DNA of 64,000 nt from Diplonema japonicum (taxonomy: Eukaryota > Protista > Euglenozoa: Diplonemea), in NCBI GenBank assembly GCA_964019335.1, contig OZ025748.1:1-64000 (forward strand). The letters run 5' to 3'. This document shows positions 34,736-47,114 of the stretch, piece after piece. How positions within the stretch are numbered: the stretch's first letter is position 1; every line of letters starts with the position of its first letter. The notes under the pieces were generated by a model. It was not told the DNA's origin. It worked only from the letters and a program-made list of their open reading frames with translations, and made no database searches. The translations under genes were made by a program, and so were the position numbers.

Positions 34736-34979
34736 CGGTTGATGGAAGAAAATTAAAAAAAAGGAAAGTAGAAGAGAAAGAACATTTTTTTTTTGTTTTT
34801 TTATCGTTCCCCCCCTTTTTTTTTCTTGGATTCTTCTCTCGCCTATTCGTTTTTTTTTTTACCCCTCCCCCACCACCACCCAGTGTTTTTGTTTTTGTTT
34901 TTCTTGCTCTCCTTACTTTTTTAGGGGAAACAAATAAAAAACTGCCATTTTTTTTTTTTGTAAGCGGGTTTCCCAACGA

Positions 34980-35819
34980 ATGAAGCGCAAAGCACCGTGG
35001 GAGGAGTTGGTTCGGAGTAATGATGAACATCCCTGCCGGGTGGTGGAGCTGACGTCGACCCACGTCAAGGGAGGCGGTGGTGGGTGGTGCAATCTGTTGG
35101 AAAAACACCGCAAACGGATACAAGGAATAAACGTAAATTACCCGGTGCAACAACACCCTGTCAAGCCCCCGTCCGTGTGGCGCGAAGGGGGCCCTTACGC
35201 AGAAGCGTTGTGCTATCTAAAAGCGAGCGAAAAGGGCGGCGGCGATACCGCAATGGTGGATAGATACTTGGATGTTGTTGCAAAACTTTTTCACGAACAC
35301 AAGGACAAGCATCAGAAGATAGAAGGGCTGACTGTGATGGTAACAATCGCAAACGGGAATGGGCAGAGCACGCAACTGTTGAATATTTTCGAAACGTGTT
35401 TCGCAATGTGCGTCAACAGCAAAGCTTGCGTTGCGAAGCCAGCATCACTAGAGACATACCTGTTCATCGTTCGGCTGTGGACAACAGTACCAAAGCACAT
35501 TTTAGAGAAGCACCTTGAGAAGCTGTTAGAATGGCTTCCTGAAGCACTCCTGGACACGTCTAGTTACACTGTCGCAGTAATGATAGAAGCAGTCATGACA
35601 CAGGGGTCGCTGTCGCGGCCAATGCCAGCGTTCCTTTCACAGGTCCTCCACTGGCACGATTTCTCTTTCACACGGCACCGGGAGCACTTGGCAACACTCC
35701 CCAAGGCCGCCCCTTCTGATGGCTACGTCCCTAGCGCAGCACCGCCCGCCGATGTGGCCCATGAAACTTGTGGCGTTCCGTTTGTCGTCTGCAGCATCCT
35801 CACCGCATGCTTTTCCTAG
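34980..35819 (+). CDS. Hypothetical protein
   Basis: 279-aa ATG ORF of coding-like composition between homopolymer spacers. Confidence 0.6.
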   Translation: MKRKAPWEELVRSNDEHPCRVVELTSTHVKGGGGGWCNLLEKHRKRIQGINVNYPVQQHPVKPPSVWREGGPYAEALCYLKASEKGGGDTAMVDRYLDVVAKLFHEHKDKHQKIEGLTVMVTIANGNGQSTQLLNIFETCFAMCVNSKACVAKPASLETYLFIVRLWTTVPKHILEKHLEKLLEWLPEALLDTSSYTVAVMIEAVMTQGSLSRPMPAFLSQVLHWHDFSFTRHREHLATLPKAAPSDGYVPSAAPPADVAHETCGVPFVVCSILTACFS

Positions 35820-36003
35820 TTACACAACGCCCGGAAGAGGCTTAGTTATATTTATATCCGGTATCCCCTTACCATCTCTCATATCCCTTTCTCTCTTTTT
35901 TTGTTTTCTGTTTTCTTTTGTTCAATGGCGTCTTATCTATGTCTATATAAACTTCAAAAGAAGAGAGAAAACAAAAAGAAAGGGAGGGGGAGGGGGAGGG
36001 AAC

Positions 36004-37910
36004 ATGAGCGGGTGCCCTGTCGAGGACAACGTCCTCCTGGTGAAGGAACTGTTTGATCTGAATGATGTATGATTTCTTTTTTTTATAATTTTCCCTTTTT
36101 TTTTTTTCCCCCTGGCCCCTTAAAAAATCTCTCCCAAGAAAAAAAATAAGAAGAAAAAAAAGCCATCACACTATTTGTCGTACTTCAGATAAATGACAAG
36201 AAGGCACTGACCAATCTACAGGTCTCATCAGTATCGTGGTACCACCAAGTGCAAGTGCACACCACTTGTCCTTAGCCTTACGCTCAGAGAGACAGTGGTG
36301 GTATCCTGCTTTTCGTGTGTCTCGGTTGTTGCCGACGCTCTGTCGTGCCTTGTGTAGTCCTCTGTCTCCTCGTACTTACGAGTTTGTCACAGATTTTGCG
36401 GTTATGGAGAGTTGATGTCCTTTCGCTGAATCGCCGGTCTGCGTGCTTCAGCTGCATTTCCCTACACAATTGTGCCCTGCCAACACAACTTTTGGAGATT
36501 TTTAGGCCTACACAATACACATCACAGGTCACGGGGAACGGCTACAACACCGTAAACAAAGTAGTGACGGTAGGGAACAGGGTTGCACAAGGGGAGGGCG
36601 ACAGGGTACGGCACCTGGTGAAAGCGTGTGCGGAAGAGGATCTGGTGGACGAGGCAGGTTTTGTGAAGGTACTAAAAAGCCTGTGCTTCAGCCTCACCGC
36701 AGCACAGCTACGGAAACGCATCGGCGACATCGTGCACGGCATGCGGGAGGACACCCGCACACGGTGGCTGCACAACACGCGCCTCACAAAACTAAACGAA
36801 GACGCCACTGTGACAGGGCTCTTCAAAGCTGCATCGAGCAGTGCAGGGGGTGTCCTCACGAGGGATAAACTGGAACCGCTCATAGCAGCCCTGCTCCCTG
36901 ACATGCCACGGCGGGAGCGCAAGAAAGCTATGAAGATCATGCGGGCGGAACCGGTCAGCAACGCCATCCCCCTGCAGGAGATAAAGCTCATCTTGGAACA
37001 CGCGCCCCTCGATGTCGAACAGACGGACCCCGACGTTGTTCCCAACATCCCCAACATCCCCCCCGTGCTCCCTGTGCAGGAGGTGGTGACTGAAGGCTAC
37101 CCGCAATCTGTGAATGAACACGTGAAGACAAACAACCAGGTACAGTCGTTGCTGAGAGAGAATGAAGAGCTGCGATCGTGCACGAAACGTCTGCGTGACC
37201 AGCTGGACACTGTCACGCAGCTGAAAGTCAGGTCGAGCCAGCACCAGAAGGGGATCGAAGAGAGATACGCGGAGCTGGAAGATGAGCTGGCGAAGTGCAG
37301 AGCGGAGCTGAACGAGTCGCGAGGGATGAACACCATGCTGACGGAGAGCCTTGCGAACGCAGAGCGCGTGCACTACGAGAAGAACAAAGAGATCGAGGAA
37401 CTGATGAAGCGAGAGCCCCCTCGACGGGCAGGGAGCGTCCCGTTGGGGCAGAAACATCAACAACTGCGAGACGAAGCTGCTGAAGCGATGCAGCCGCATG
37501 CTTACGAACCGCAAGTCATCTACAGGCTGGTGACGGAGTACGACAGCCTTGTCGTGAACTACGATCAGAAGCTGCAGGAAACAAAGGCAAGACTGCATCA
37601 ACACATCCGCCGCGTGCAGCAGGCTGAGACTGAGTTCATACGGTTGGCCTCATCAGTGGAGGCAAAGTCACCACCCATTGGTCCCAACACTGCAAAGCTT
37701 CCTGAGGCTCTTGAACAGCTGCAGGACGCGATGGTGCTGATGTCTCATATCCATACGTCGCCCTTCCCCACGAGCCGAGCCTCGCCTCCCACTACTCCCG
37801 GGCAGACGCAGAGGGCTTTGCAGCATCGGTCACACAATACTACACCAAACATGCGGAGCAGGAGTACGCCTTCTTCCCAGCCACGCAGAGCAGCCTACGA
37901 TAGATTGTGA
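36004..37910 (+). CDS. Coiled-coil protein with degenerate EF-hand-like segments; 5' exons unresolved (first exon 36004-36066, main exon from about 36528)
   Basis: MSGCPVEDNVLLVKELFDLND is followed by a GTATGA donor; acceptor CACAG at about 36527; long heptad region. Confidence 0.6.
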
Positions 37911-38129
37911 ACCTGTTTATTGTTTAGATTAACTTAGAGTTTATGTATCTGTTTTCTTTTTTCCCTATAAGACCCCATTGCCACGCTGGGCGTCTCCCAC
38001 CTCAAAGAGGGGTTTGAACTGCTTGTATGCCTATGGCACAAAGTCGAAGCGCTTCGCAAAGTCCAAAGCTATGCCCCTAGGAGAAACAAAGGGGAAGAAG
38101 AAAAAAAGCAAAAAGGGGGTAAAAAAAAA

Positions 38130-38359
38130 ATGCCCCTCCCGGCACCGCCGCCACCTACCCGCAAAGAGGACAATTTCATCGGCATCAAGAACAACAGCAC
38201 TGCGCACAATGTAGTCAGCAGTGCTTATGATGACACTTACTGCGAGCGGTGCCCTGTTCCAAAGGTGTGTCAAAAAAAAGAAAAAAATATTTTAAAAAAT
38301 ATCAGGCCGCTTTGAGCTTTGGAGGCGGCGTGTTTTTGAACGATGGTGGTTGGGTTTGA
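38130..38359 (+). CDS. Putative 62-aa microprotein with intron 38265-38305
   Basis: ATG after an A-run; GTGTGT...A-rich...ATCAG intron like those of neighbouring genes; spliced product ends AALSFGGGVFLNDGGWV*. Confidence 0.45.
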
Positions 38360-38579
38360 AAAAAAAAAAAAGAAATATGACAAGAGAAAAAAAAAAACAC
38401 AAAAAATCTTTATTTACACACATTTCCTTTCTCCCCCCCTGCCTTTGTGTACATTATTTCTTTTTTTTTTGTTTATTCATACCTCCCCCACCCCTCCTTT
38501 CTCCAAAGGAAAAAAAGAAAAACAATACAACGAAGGTGTTCCCATACACATAAATATAATACAAAAAAAAAAAAAAAAA

Positions 38580-40691
38580 ATGTCCTCCCTAATCGAAATA
38601 GGGGAGGAGGGGAAGACAGCACGCTCAGAGGTAGTGGGGAACAGGGTACAAGGCAGAAAAGTGCAAACGCTTCACGGGGCGTGGGAAGGAGGCAGGAACG
38701 CTGGGTATTTCAACACAGTGGGGAGCAAGGAAGGGTGGGAGCCTACAAAATACGTGCAGGGCGGGAAGAGAAAGGTAGAGGACTACATGGACGAAGAGGA
38801 CATGAGGGACATGATGAAGGGGAGGATGTACGCAAAAAAGGAATACCGCGAAGGCGAACCACAGAAAGCAGCGTTGATCCAACTTTGTTCCGGCTACATA
38901 GGAGCAAAACTTCTACGAAAGATGGGGTGGAGGGACGGGACCGGAATTGGTGAGCGCACCAAAATCGCAGCAGAAACCGAAGACGACGACGACGAACTCA
39001 TAATCCCAAAAGACCACATCCTCGAAAAACTCACCATGAAGAAGGACACCTCGGGCCTTGGATACAAAGGCGATACCGACGAACAAGATCAAAAAAACAA
39101 CCAAAAATCCTTCAGTAGCTACCACCATTCCTTCATGTCCTACGACTCCGATGGGGAGGACGAGGCAGCAGTTTACGGCAAAGAGGACAAGTCCCTCTAC
39201 GACCTCTCAGAGCTCTTCCCGCAGAACGAGCAGAAACGGCGAAAAACATCAACAAAAGAAGACACCTTCTACGACCCGTACACCCTGGCCACCTCTGAGA
39301 AGGAGTTTTCAACATGGAGGGTGAAGTTCATCAAGGGAAACAGGTACACAACCCAGATGGAAGGCGCGGAACAATTCACGGTGCAACCCTTAGCAGTTCC
39401 CAAGGGTTGGGTCCCACGTCCTAAAAACATAGTTGAGGTTAAAATGGAAGAAGTTAAAGAGGAAAAGAGGAATCCGTTCACCATCCCGCAGCCCGAGATC
39501 ACCATCGAGCCTGTTAAGCACACTGTTGAGCTGTTCAAGCCGTTACAAGGCACACTTGGAAGCAGATTCACATCAGGCAGACGTCAGGAACTCGCTCCAT
39601 CTGCAAGCCGCACGCCCATGACAGCACTCCCGCAGGTCGGATTGATCAACCCTGACCAACTACTGTCTGAAGAAGGCCGAGAACAAGTGAAGGAGAAGGC
39701 CATGGAATCCGCAGCGGCGTCCGGGAACTTTGGGAAGCAAACTCGCATCACACGCCAATGGTATCCGGAATCGCTGGTGTGCAGGAGATTCGACGTTGCA
39801 GACCCCTTCCCCGGGACGGCGCACAAGGGGGATTACGTCAAGAAGGATGTTTTGAAAACCGAGAACGACTCCTTCTTGAAGAGTTTCATGTCAGGTTCAG
39901 CATCTGCTGCAGCAGCGGCCCCAACACCACAGCAGCAACATATAACTGTAACCACGGTCTCCGCCAACACCGGGAAGGAAGCCAGAATGCAACGGAAAAA
40001 AGCTAGACGGGAGATCAAGAAAAAAGAGGAAATGGAGCAAGCCGTCGACGATATCATGAATGAGTTCTTCGACTCCGAAGATTCGACCGATGAGGCAGAC
40101 TCGGGCAACAACTACAACAACAACGCTGACGACACCCAAAGGACCGAGACAGAGACCCCGCCACAAATCGCCTTTGCACCGGTTGTCGCGGAAAAGCGCG
40201 AGGAGGAGAAGAAGAAGGAGACTAAACAAGAGAATGAAACGGATGAAATCGGGCTGTTTAAGTCGATTTTTGACGACAGCAGTGATGGAGAAGCAGAGGA
40301 GGCGCAGGCAGAGGTCAAGTCAGAGCCCAAGGAGGACTCTGCGGAAGGTCCGCAGAAACCCCTTCTCTTCAGTAAGAAAGACACGCTTTCCAACCCCAAC
40401 ACCGCTTCCTGTATAGAGGCGGAGAATGAAAAACTCAAAAAGCGAATCGCGGTGTTGCGAGAGCTAGCCGGGTCTAGTGACAGGGGCAGCACATTAGACG
40501 ATGACAGCCGGTCATCTGACTCTAGCAGCAGCACAGAGTCGACGAGGGAGCGGAAAAAAAAAAGGAAAAGAGAGAAGAAACGCGCGAAGAAAGAGAAGAA
40601 AAAGCTGAAGAAAACCGTGAAGAAGGAGAAGAAGCGCGCGAAAAAAGAGGCGAGGAAACTTAAAAAAACTGGCAAGAGGAACATGATTTAG
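38580..40691 (+). CDS. GPATCH1: G-patch domain protein 1 / TOUGH-like splicing factor
   Basis: HGAWEGG..AGYFNTVGSKEGWEP, EDYMDEED, G-patch IGAKLLRKMGWRDGTGIG, R..RQWYP..LVCRRFDV.DP, LFKSIF, Lys-rich tail. Confidence 0.9.
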   Translation: MSSLIEIGEEGKTARSEVVGNRVQGRKVQTLHGAWEGGRNAGYFNTVGSKEGWEPTKYVQGGKRKVEDYMDEEDMRDMMKGRMYAKKEYREGEPQKAALIQLCSGYIGAKLLRKMGWRDGTGIGERTKIAAETEDDDDELIIPKDHILEKLTMKKDTSGLGYKGDTDEQDQKNNQKSFSSYHHSFMSYDSDGEDEAAVYGKEDKSLYDLSELFPQNEQKRRKTSTKEDTFYDPYTLATSEKEFSTWRVKFIKGNRYTTQMEGAEQFTVQPLAVPKGWVPRPKNIVEVKMEEVKEEKRNPFTIPQPEITIEPVKHTVELFKPLQGTLGSRFTSGRRQELAPSASRTPMTALPQVGLINPDQLLSEEGREQVKEKAMESAAASGNFGKQTRITRQWYPESLVCRRFDVADPFPGTAHKGDYVKKDVLKTENDSFLKSFMSGSASAAAAAPTPQQQHITVTTVSANTGKEARMQRKKARREIKKKEEMEQAVDDIMNEFFDSEDSTDEADSGNNYNNNADDTQRTETETPPQIAFAPVVAEKREEEKKKETKQENETDEIGLFKSIFDDSSDGEAEEAQAEVKSEPKEDSAEGPQKPLLFSKKDTLSNPNTASCIEAENEKLKKRIAVLRELAGSSDRGSTLDDDSRSSDSSSSTESTRERKKKRKREKKRAKKEKKKLKKTVKKEKKRAKKEARKLKKTGKRNMI

Positions 40692-40791
40692 CACCAACCT
40701 TTCCCCCTCTTCTTCATTCGCATTTCAAACGAAAAAAGCAAAAAAAAGAAAAAAAAAAAAGGGAAAAAAAAAAAGAGGGCAGGAGGAAAAC

Positions 40792-40827
<36 letters not shown>

Positions 40828-40842
40828 ACAAAAATAAATATT

Positions 40843-42150
40843 ATGTCGCACCAACCTGCCGTTATCGTTCCAGTGGGGAGCAGAGGGGGAGGGGGTGGGG
40901 GAGCACCACCTCCAACAAGCTTGCAAAGATCTCCCGGTGAATGGCATTTCGAACAACCTGGCAAGGGTCAGAAGGGGAAGAAGGGAAGCCGTGTGACCCC
41001 ACCTCGCCAGAGGTCCCCTCCCCCAGGCGAGAAACCGCAATTCGTCAAAATCAAGGACCCAGCAGTGAAAGGGAATGTGCTGTACGACGTCCCCGTCACC
41101 ATGATCGTGCACACACAGGGTTTGAGGGAGTACCTGGACACAGGCACCCGAGATGACGGAAAACGCCACACGCACAGAGCCTGCATTTGCAAACTATGGA
41201 TGGAAGGACGGTGCGGGCAAGGCGCGAAATGTAAGTCGTTCCACGTAGACCCTCCTTTAGTCGACACTATGCGGAAGGAAAGGGGTGTTGAGTTCGACAC
41301 CTCGTTCGTCTCGGAGCTCATCGTCAAGCACGCTAGTGGGGACGTCTTCGCCGTGCGGTACACAGCAGCATGCAAAACAAGAGGCCTTGAAGCCTACAAA
41401 ACACAAGCTGCAAAGGGAATCGAACCCGCGGCGCTATGTGTGGACTTCAACCTCCCGTCCGGTGGTGTCGGGACCTGCCCTGCCGATAGGAACTGTGCGT
41501 TCATACATATCAAACCGCATGAGTTGAAGGAGTACGCTGACGGGAAGCAGAAGACACCCTGCTGTGCTGTTCATGGTGACACATCTGCGAAGACGTTTGA
41601 AAGGCCTGGGTCGTTCGTTACTATTCAGAACGAGGCGGGGCTTCTTCCGATACCTGTCGGCCGTATTGCGACCACTGCAGGGTGTTCGAGGATTAACCCC
41701 GCGACGCCCGTCACGCCGGAGATCCTTTGTGCCATTCACGTGCGTTCCAGGTGCAAGTTCGGGCGGTCGTGTACTAAGTTGCATATTTGCAGGGATTTTG
41801 CGAAGGACAACAGTCTCGTCCCTGCCACACCATCGACACCCCCGTTTAATGTGTCGCCCACTGCTCGTGGGATCGTTCCTATACACAAGCTTGACAGGCA
41901 AAACGATGATCTCCCGCAGTGTGGGTCCAGCCTCCCGCCATTGATGGAGGATGAGGTGTGTTTGAGGGGGGGGGAAAAAAATATTTTAAAAAAAAAAATC
42001 AATATTTAGACGCAGGCGAGTCCAGCCAGACCCTCTGCCACCCAGCACCTTCAGGATCCTCTGTATGGTGACCAACCCCCGCCAGAGTCGTTTGAGCTGC
42101 CTGAGTGGGACCCTGATACGGATCTCTTGAGACAGCAGACAGCTGAGTGA
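40843..42150 (+). CDS. Multi-CCCH zinc-finger RNA-binding protein; intron 41956-42015
   Basis: CKLWMEGRCGQGAKCKSFH, C...CPADRNCAFIH and CAIHVRSRCKFGRSCTKLH, each preceded by T.G motifs as in euglenozoan ZC3H proteins. Confidence 0.85.
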
Positions 42151-43042
42151 TGAGATGAGGAATGCCCAATTTCTTTTTTTTTTTTTTTTTTTTTTTTTTG
42201 ATCCGAGATAACATAAAAAAAGAAAGGGAAATGAGAAATTTAAAAAATAAATAAATAAGAAAATGAACCATCTGGGGGAAAAAAAAACGGGGGTGGTTGG
42301 GGGGGGGGGGGGGGGGTGGTGTCATAAAAAGGGAATCACCTCTATTGTTTTTTTTTTTTGTTTGTTTCTTGTTTTTTGTCAAAATTGAGAGCAGAAAAGA
42401 TTAAGAAAAAAAAACAAAAAAAAGAAGAAATTGGTGAATACTGAAAATGAGGCGAGAGCGGGGGAGGGAGGGGGGGGGGGGGGGGGGAGGAAAACCGAAA
42501 TAAAAGAAGAAAAATGAGCCACCACCCCCATATGCTTTTTACGCCTTAAAAAAAAAGTTCTCTTGCCCTCCTTGAAAGTTCTCTAGCTAGCCTTTCACAC
42601 ACAGAAAATTGACACGAAAAAAAAAATGAGGTTCATGAGAAAATTAAAAAAAAAAGTGTTCCTTTTTTTTTCTTTTTCTTCTTCTTCTTCTTCTCTGTTT
42701 TTATTCTTTTGTCCCCTTAGCACCATGACCAATAGCGCCTCACCATTTTTTTTTTCTTTTTTTTTTCCCGTAAGCACAGGGGGGATTATATATATTTTCC
42801 CCCCTTCTATCCTAACCTGCTTTGGGTGTGCTAAGGGGACTGAAAAGTCTTCTGAATAATTGTCTCCACCTACCCCCCCTTTTTTTTTACCCTCCCCCTT
42901 TTTTTTTGTTCAGTATTTTTCAGACGAGATGGGATGGTGCTTTTTTTTTCTTCTTTTTTTTTTTCCTTCTTTAAATTTATTCCTTTCCTGCAAGGGAACA
43001 TTTGATCGTCTCTGATGGCGTTGTGACCCCATTCCATTTTCT

Positions 43043-43075
<33 letters not shown>

Positions 43076-43524
43076 TCTCCCAGTTTTACTTCTATCCCCC
43101 CCTTTATCCGGGGTTATTGCCGCCTCTTCTTTTTTTTTTTTTTTTTTTTCTTATATCTTTTTTTTTTATTTCCGGTTTATGGGGTATTTGCGTTCCAACG
43201 ATTTCTTAGCGCAGCAAACAAATCTCTCTCTCTCCCCCATTTTCTTTTTCTCTTTTTCCTCTTTCGATCTGCCTTACTTGCTTACTTCATGTTGGGGAAA
43301 AAAAAAATGGAAAAAAAAAAAGAAAAAAAAAACATCCCAACGTAAAATAGGCGCAACAGCCGCGTCAGGGAAAAGAAAAAAAAAAATGTGGTGGGGTTTA
43401 AAAAAAAAAAAGAAAATCCGAGAAAAGAAAAAGAAAAAAAAAAGGAATAATGAGCCCATGATTTCCCTTCTTCCCCCGTGTTTCCTCTCACACTCTCTCT
43501 CTCTTCCCTGGGAGAGAGGGGACG

Positions 43525-43560
<36 letters not shown>

Positions 43561-43701
43561 ATACCGGAGAAATGTGTCTGAAAAGAGGAGGGAGGAGGAA
43601 CAAAAAAAAAAAAAGAACGTTTCTTTATTTATTTGCTGCTCTCCCCACCCTCCCCACCCTTATATATATAGTTCCACCCATTTCTTCAGAAGCAACAAAA
43701 G

Positions 43702-44232
43702 ATGAAAGACTTCTCTGCCACGCACCTAAGATACGAGGAAGGAGACACGTTAGGCTTGCTGTGCTGTATTGGATCGTTGCTGCCATATGCAATGGGGATA
43801 GCTTTGATTACTTGGTTCTGGGCGCTCAAAAAAAAGCAAACGGTGATGGTAGGGATTGGTGTTCTTGCGAGCGATGTTTTAAATTTCGTCCTGAAGAATG
43901 TCATCAAAGAACCGAGGCCGAGCAGCCTTCGGGGGGACTACGGGATGCCCTCCCGCCACGCACAATTCACAGCCTGCGCGTGCCTTCTCATTTACCTGAC
44001 ATCCACATCTTCAAAACCACTTTCCATAGCCGCTCTTTCCCTCACCACCATAGGTGTTTGCTTCTCCCGTGTGTACCTAGTGTACCATACAACACTTCAG
44101 GTTGTTGCTGGGTGTGCGGTGGGGTTGGTCTTTGCATCCGGGTGGTGCTTTGCGTGCAGCAAGCTAAAGCTTCTCAACGATATGTTCGAAGTTGTGCAGA
44201 AGATCGCAGTGCGGGTGCTGGAACTGTTTTAG
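43702..44232 (+). CDS. DOLPP1: Dolichyldiphosphatase (PAP2 family)
   Basis: K.VIKEPRP, YGMPSRHAQF, SRVYLVYHTTLQVVAG. Confidence 0.88.
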   Translation: MKDFSATHLRYEEGDTLGLLCCIGSLLPYAMGIALITWFWALKKKQTVMVGIGVLASDVLNFVLKNVIKEPRPSSLRGDYGMPSRHAQFTACACLLIYLTSTSSKPLSIAALSLTTIGVCFSRVYLVYHTTLQVVAGCAVGLVFASGWCFACSKLKLLNDMFEVVQKIAVRVLELF

Positions 44233-44518
44233 TATTTTTTTTTTTCTTCTTCTTTTTTTTTTCCTGCTTAGTTTGCCAGGTTCAGCTCAATTGGCCAACC
44301 TTTTGCCTCGGCTCAGTTCCCAGTGGCCAACTTTTCCAAGCAGTCAGCTTACCAAGCTCTCCAAAGGACTTCAATATGCCGAAGCAGCAGAAAGTGAGGA
44401 GCGGCTGGCCCCCCCCCCCCCCCCCCCAATATTTCCCCACAATTATTTTTTTCTTCAAAGGACACCCCCTCCCCTCCCCTCCCCCGGCATGTGAACATCG
44501 TTAACTCTTCTTAAGAAG

Positions 44519-45019
44519 ATGCCGCCTTTGCGAAGTGCGGTTGTCCTCGCTGCCGTAGTGTGCTGTGTGGCGGGGGGATGTCAAGAAGGACGGCTGGACG
44601 AAAACTACTGCGAGCTGCAGGTCTCCGAGGTGAAGGCCACGGCAAAATTGTGCGACTGCCCGTGGCAAGAATGCGCTAAAGAGGCCGGGGTGTACAAGTG
44701 CAGGGACACACACATGGACATTTACGTTGGTGTCACTGTGCTGTGTGTGATCACCCTAGGTGTCCTGCTTGGTGCATGGGTGTGTTGTTGTAAAGGTAAA
44801 GGTTGTGCCTGCACTGCCTTGTGCAGGGGAGGGGTGTGCTGTGGCCACGCCCGCCTCCTTGTAACGCCTGCTCCTATAGAGCATGACCAAGTCCAGCATG
44901 TTGCTGTAGAGCCCCATGTAGTAACCATGGCCCCCGTTTCTGTCCGGCAGCACCCGCTCCGGCCCACTCAGGGTGTTCCAATCCTTGGTACTCCCCAAGA
45001 GCTGCCTGAGGTTGTGTGA
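44519..45019 (+). CDS. Small Cys-rich single-pass membrane protein
   Basis: Signal peptide, Cys-rich ectodomain, TM helix followed by CCCK. Confidence 0.7.
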   Translation: MPPLRSAVVLAAVVCCVAGGCQEGRLDENYCELQVSEVKATAKLCDCPWQECAKEAGVYKCRDTHMDIYVGVTVLCVITLGVLLGAWVCCCKGKGCACTALCRGGVCCGHARLLVTPAPIEHDQVQHVAVEPHVVTMAPVSVRQHPLRPTQGVPILGTPQELPEVV

Positions 45020-45375
45020 CACCAATAGTGCGTGATATATTTATATATTTTTGAATCTTTTTTTTTTCTCGTTGCAACGGTAAGGGGAGGGGGGGGGGGA
45101 AGAATAAAATAAAGAAATTGAAAGGGGTCCTTTACTTAGAGAGAACATGGGTGATTCTTTGTCTCTGTTCCACCACCCCCCCCTCAGGGGCTGTCTTATA
45201 CAAGAGAGAAGGGTTATAAAGAACGAACAATTGCAAAAAAGAAAAAAAAAAAGAAAAAAAAAAGGATGTGAGCTATAGATTGGGCTGTGAAGTTGAAATT
45301 CCTGTTTTTCCTTTTTTCCTTTTTTTTTTTTTTAATCTCCGATCAAGGAGGGGATATGGTTTTGATCCCCTTCCG

Positions 45376-45412
<37 letters not shown>

Positions 45413-46398
45413 TTGTTTTTTTTAACCCTTAAACACCCAACTGATTCTGTAGAAGCGGTTGGTTAATAGTGTATTTGTTCTCCGGTCACCCAGACCAAAG
45501 CCTCGGATTGGCATTCATAATAATAATAATAAATAAAAAAATGGAATGGAAGGATTTTGAAGATCTGCGTTAAATGCGCTATTTGTATCCATCTGAAACT
45601 TGATAACTTCATCCCAGAACGGGGTGTCGAGGGTATTTTTACCTGCTATTTACCGCAATCCTCTTTTCTTTTTTTTATTTACCCCTTTCTGGTGAAGGGA
45701 TGGAGCAAATCTTTCAAATGCGTACCTCGAATCCACAAAGACCCAAAATCGGAAAATTTCAAAAAAAAAAATCAATTACCCCCTGGGGGTTTAAGGGTTA
45801 AAAAGAAAATCCCTCTTCTTCCATCTTCTTCTTTTTTTTTCCTCTGTTGGCGAACAAGAACTTTCCACCCCAGGCTCTTGTGTATTTTAGTCATGGCCCG
45901 ATATACTGTTGCACCCAACAATTCTGGTGAGAATACGAGAATGAATTCGAGGAAAAAAAAAAAAAAAAAAAAATGAAGGGGGAAAAAAAAAATCCATTTT
46001 CAGTTTTTTCTTGAAGGGAATAAAAAAAAAAATACCCCCCTCTTAAGTTATCCCCCCTCCCAAGAATGTTTCCAATTGAGGCGCAGGAAGAAAAAAAAGT
46101 TCTTTATTTAAAAAAAAAAGAGAGAGAAGATAACCCGATCTAGCTACCGGATACCTTTCCCTCTCCCTCTTTCTCTCCGCTCTTTTTTTCCCCCCCCCCA
46201 TTCCTAGTTCCCCCCCTCCCCCTTTCGCCTACGTGGAGGGGGAAAAAAAGAATAAAAAAAAATAGGGAGTAGTAGTAGATATTGTGTTCATGTGTCAAAA
46301 AAAAAAAAAATCCGCGTTTTTTTTTCTTTTTTTTTCCCGTTTCATACTTTTTAAAAAAAAAAGGGGGGAAAAAAAAGGTGGACGAACGATACACGTCC

Positions 46399-46428
<30 letters not shown>

Positions 46429-46431
<3 letters not shown>

Positions 46432-46956
46432 ACCAGCAGTTTCAGATCGTACGTATGGACGGCGAACGGGCACGAGCACACCAGAGAGGACGTCAGGCAG
46501 AGAATCTTAAAGGATGACAACACAACTTCATATTTCTTTTATGCACTGCGCTGTGGAGGGATCAAGAAGATCAGGGGTTTTGCACACGGGATACCCGAGA
46601 GTATAAATGACAGTATTCTTGGCGGGTTGTGGAGAATAACACATCTCCGGGCTGCTCATCAAGGGGACACCGAGTCGCTGGAATCATTAGTGGTACGGAA
46701 GGGGGGAAAAAAAAATAATATATATATATATATACACTATCAGGATTACTGGGCCCCGAGTTATACGCTTCCCACACAAAGAATTTGGCCCTTGCGGACT
46801 GAATACATCAACCACCTGGTCGCGCAGGACAGAATTTCCCCCGAAACAGCCAAGGAGAGCCTAGAGGTTGCCTCCACTATGCTCCATGAAGAGGAGGAAA
46901 TAAAAAAACCCGCTGGAAAATGGGGCGATTTACTAGGCGCAGGGCTCGGGAAATAG
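46429..46956 (+). CDS. Hypothetical protein with a 51-nt in-frame intron at 46693-46743
   Basis: ATG after an A-run; GTACGG...A/AT-rich...ATCAG interrupts otherwise coding-like sequence. Confidence 0.65.
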
Positions 46957-47114
46957 AAACGAAAAAAAAGAAACAAATAGCAACTGCTGCTGCTATGAGA
47001 ACGTTCCCCCCCCCCTACCCACCCACCCACCACCCTTCAAAAATATCCCAACCATGATGAAAACGTTAAGAACAAAAAAAAGGGGGGGTTGTGTGTGGGA
47101 AAAAAAAAGGAAAA

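Noticed and set aside
43002-44504. 500-aa ORF and similar poly-Lys/poly-Phe ORFs in spacers
   Set aside because: Artefacts of stop-free homopolymer runs; the real gene here is DOLPP1 in another frame.
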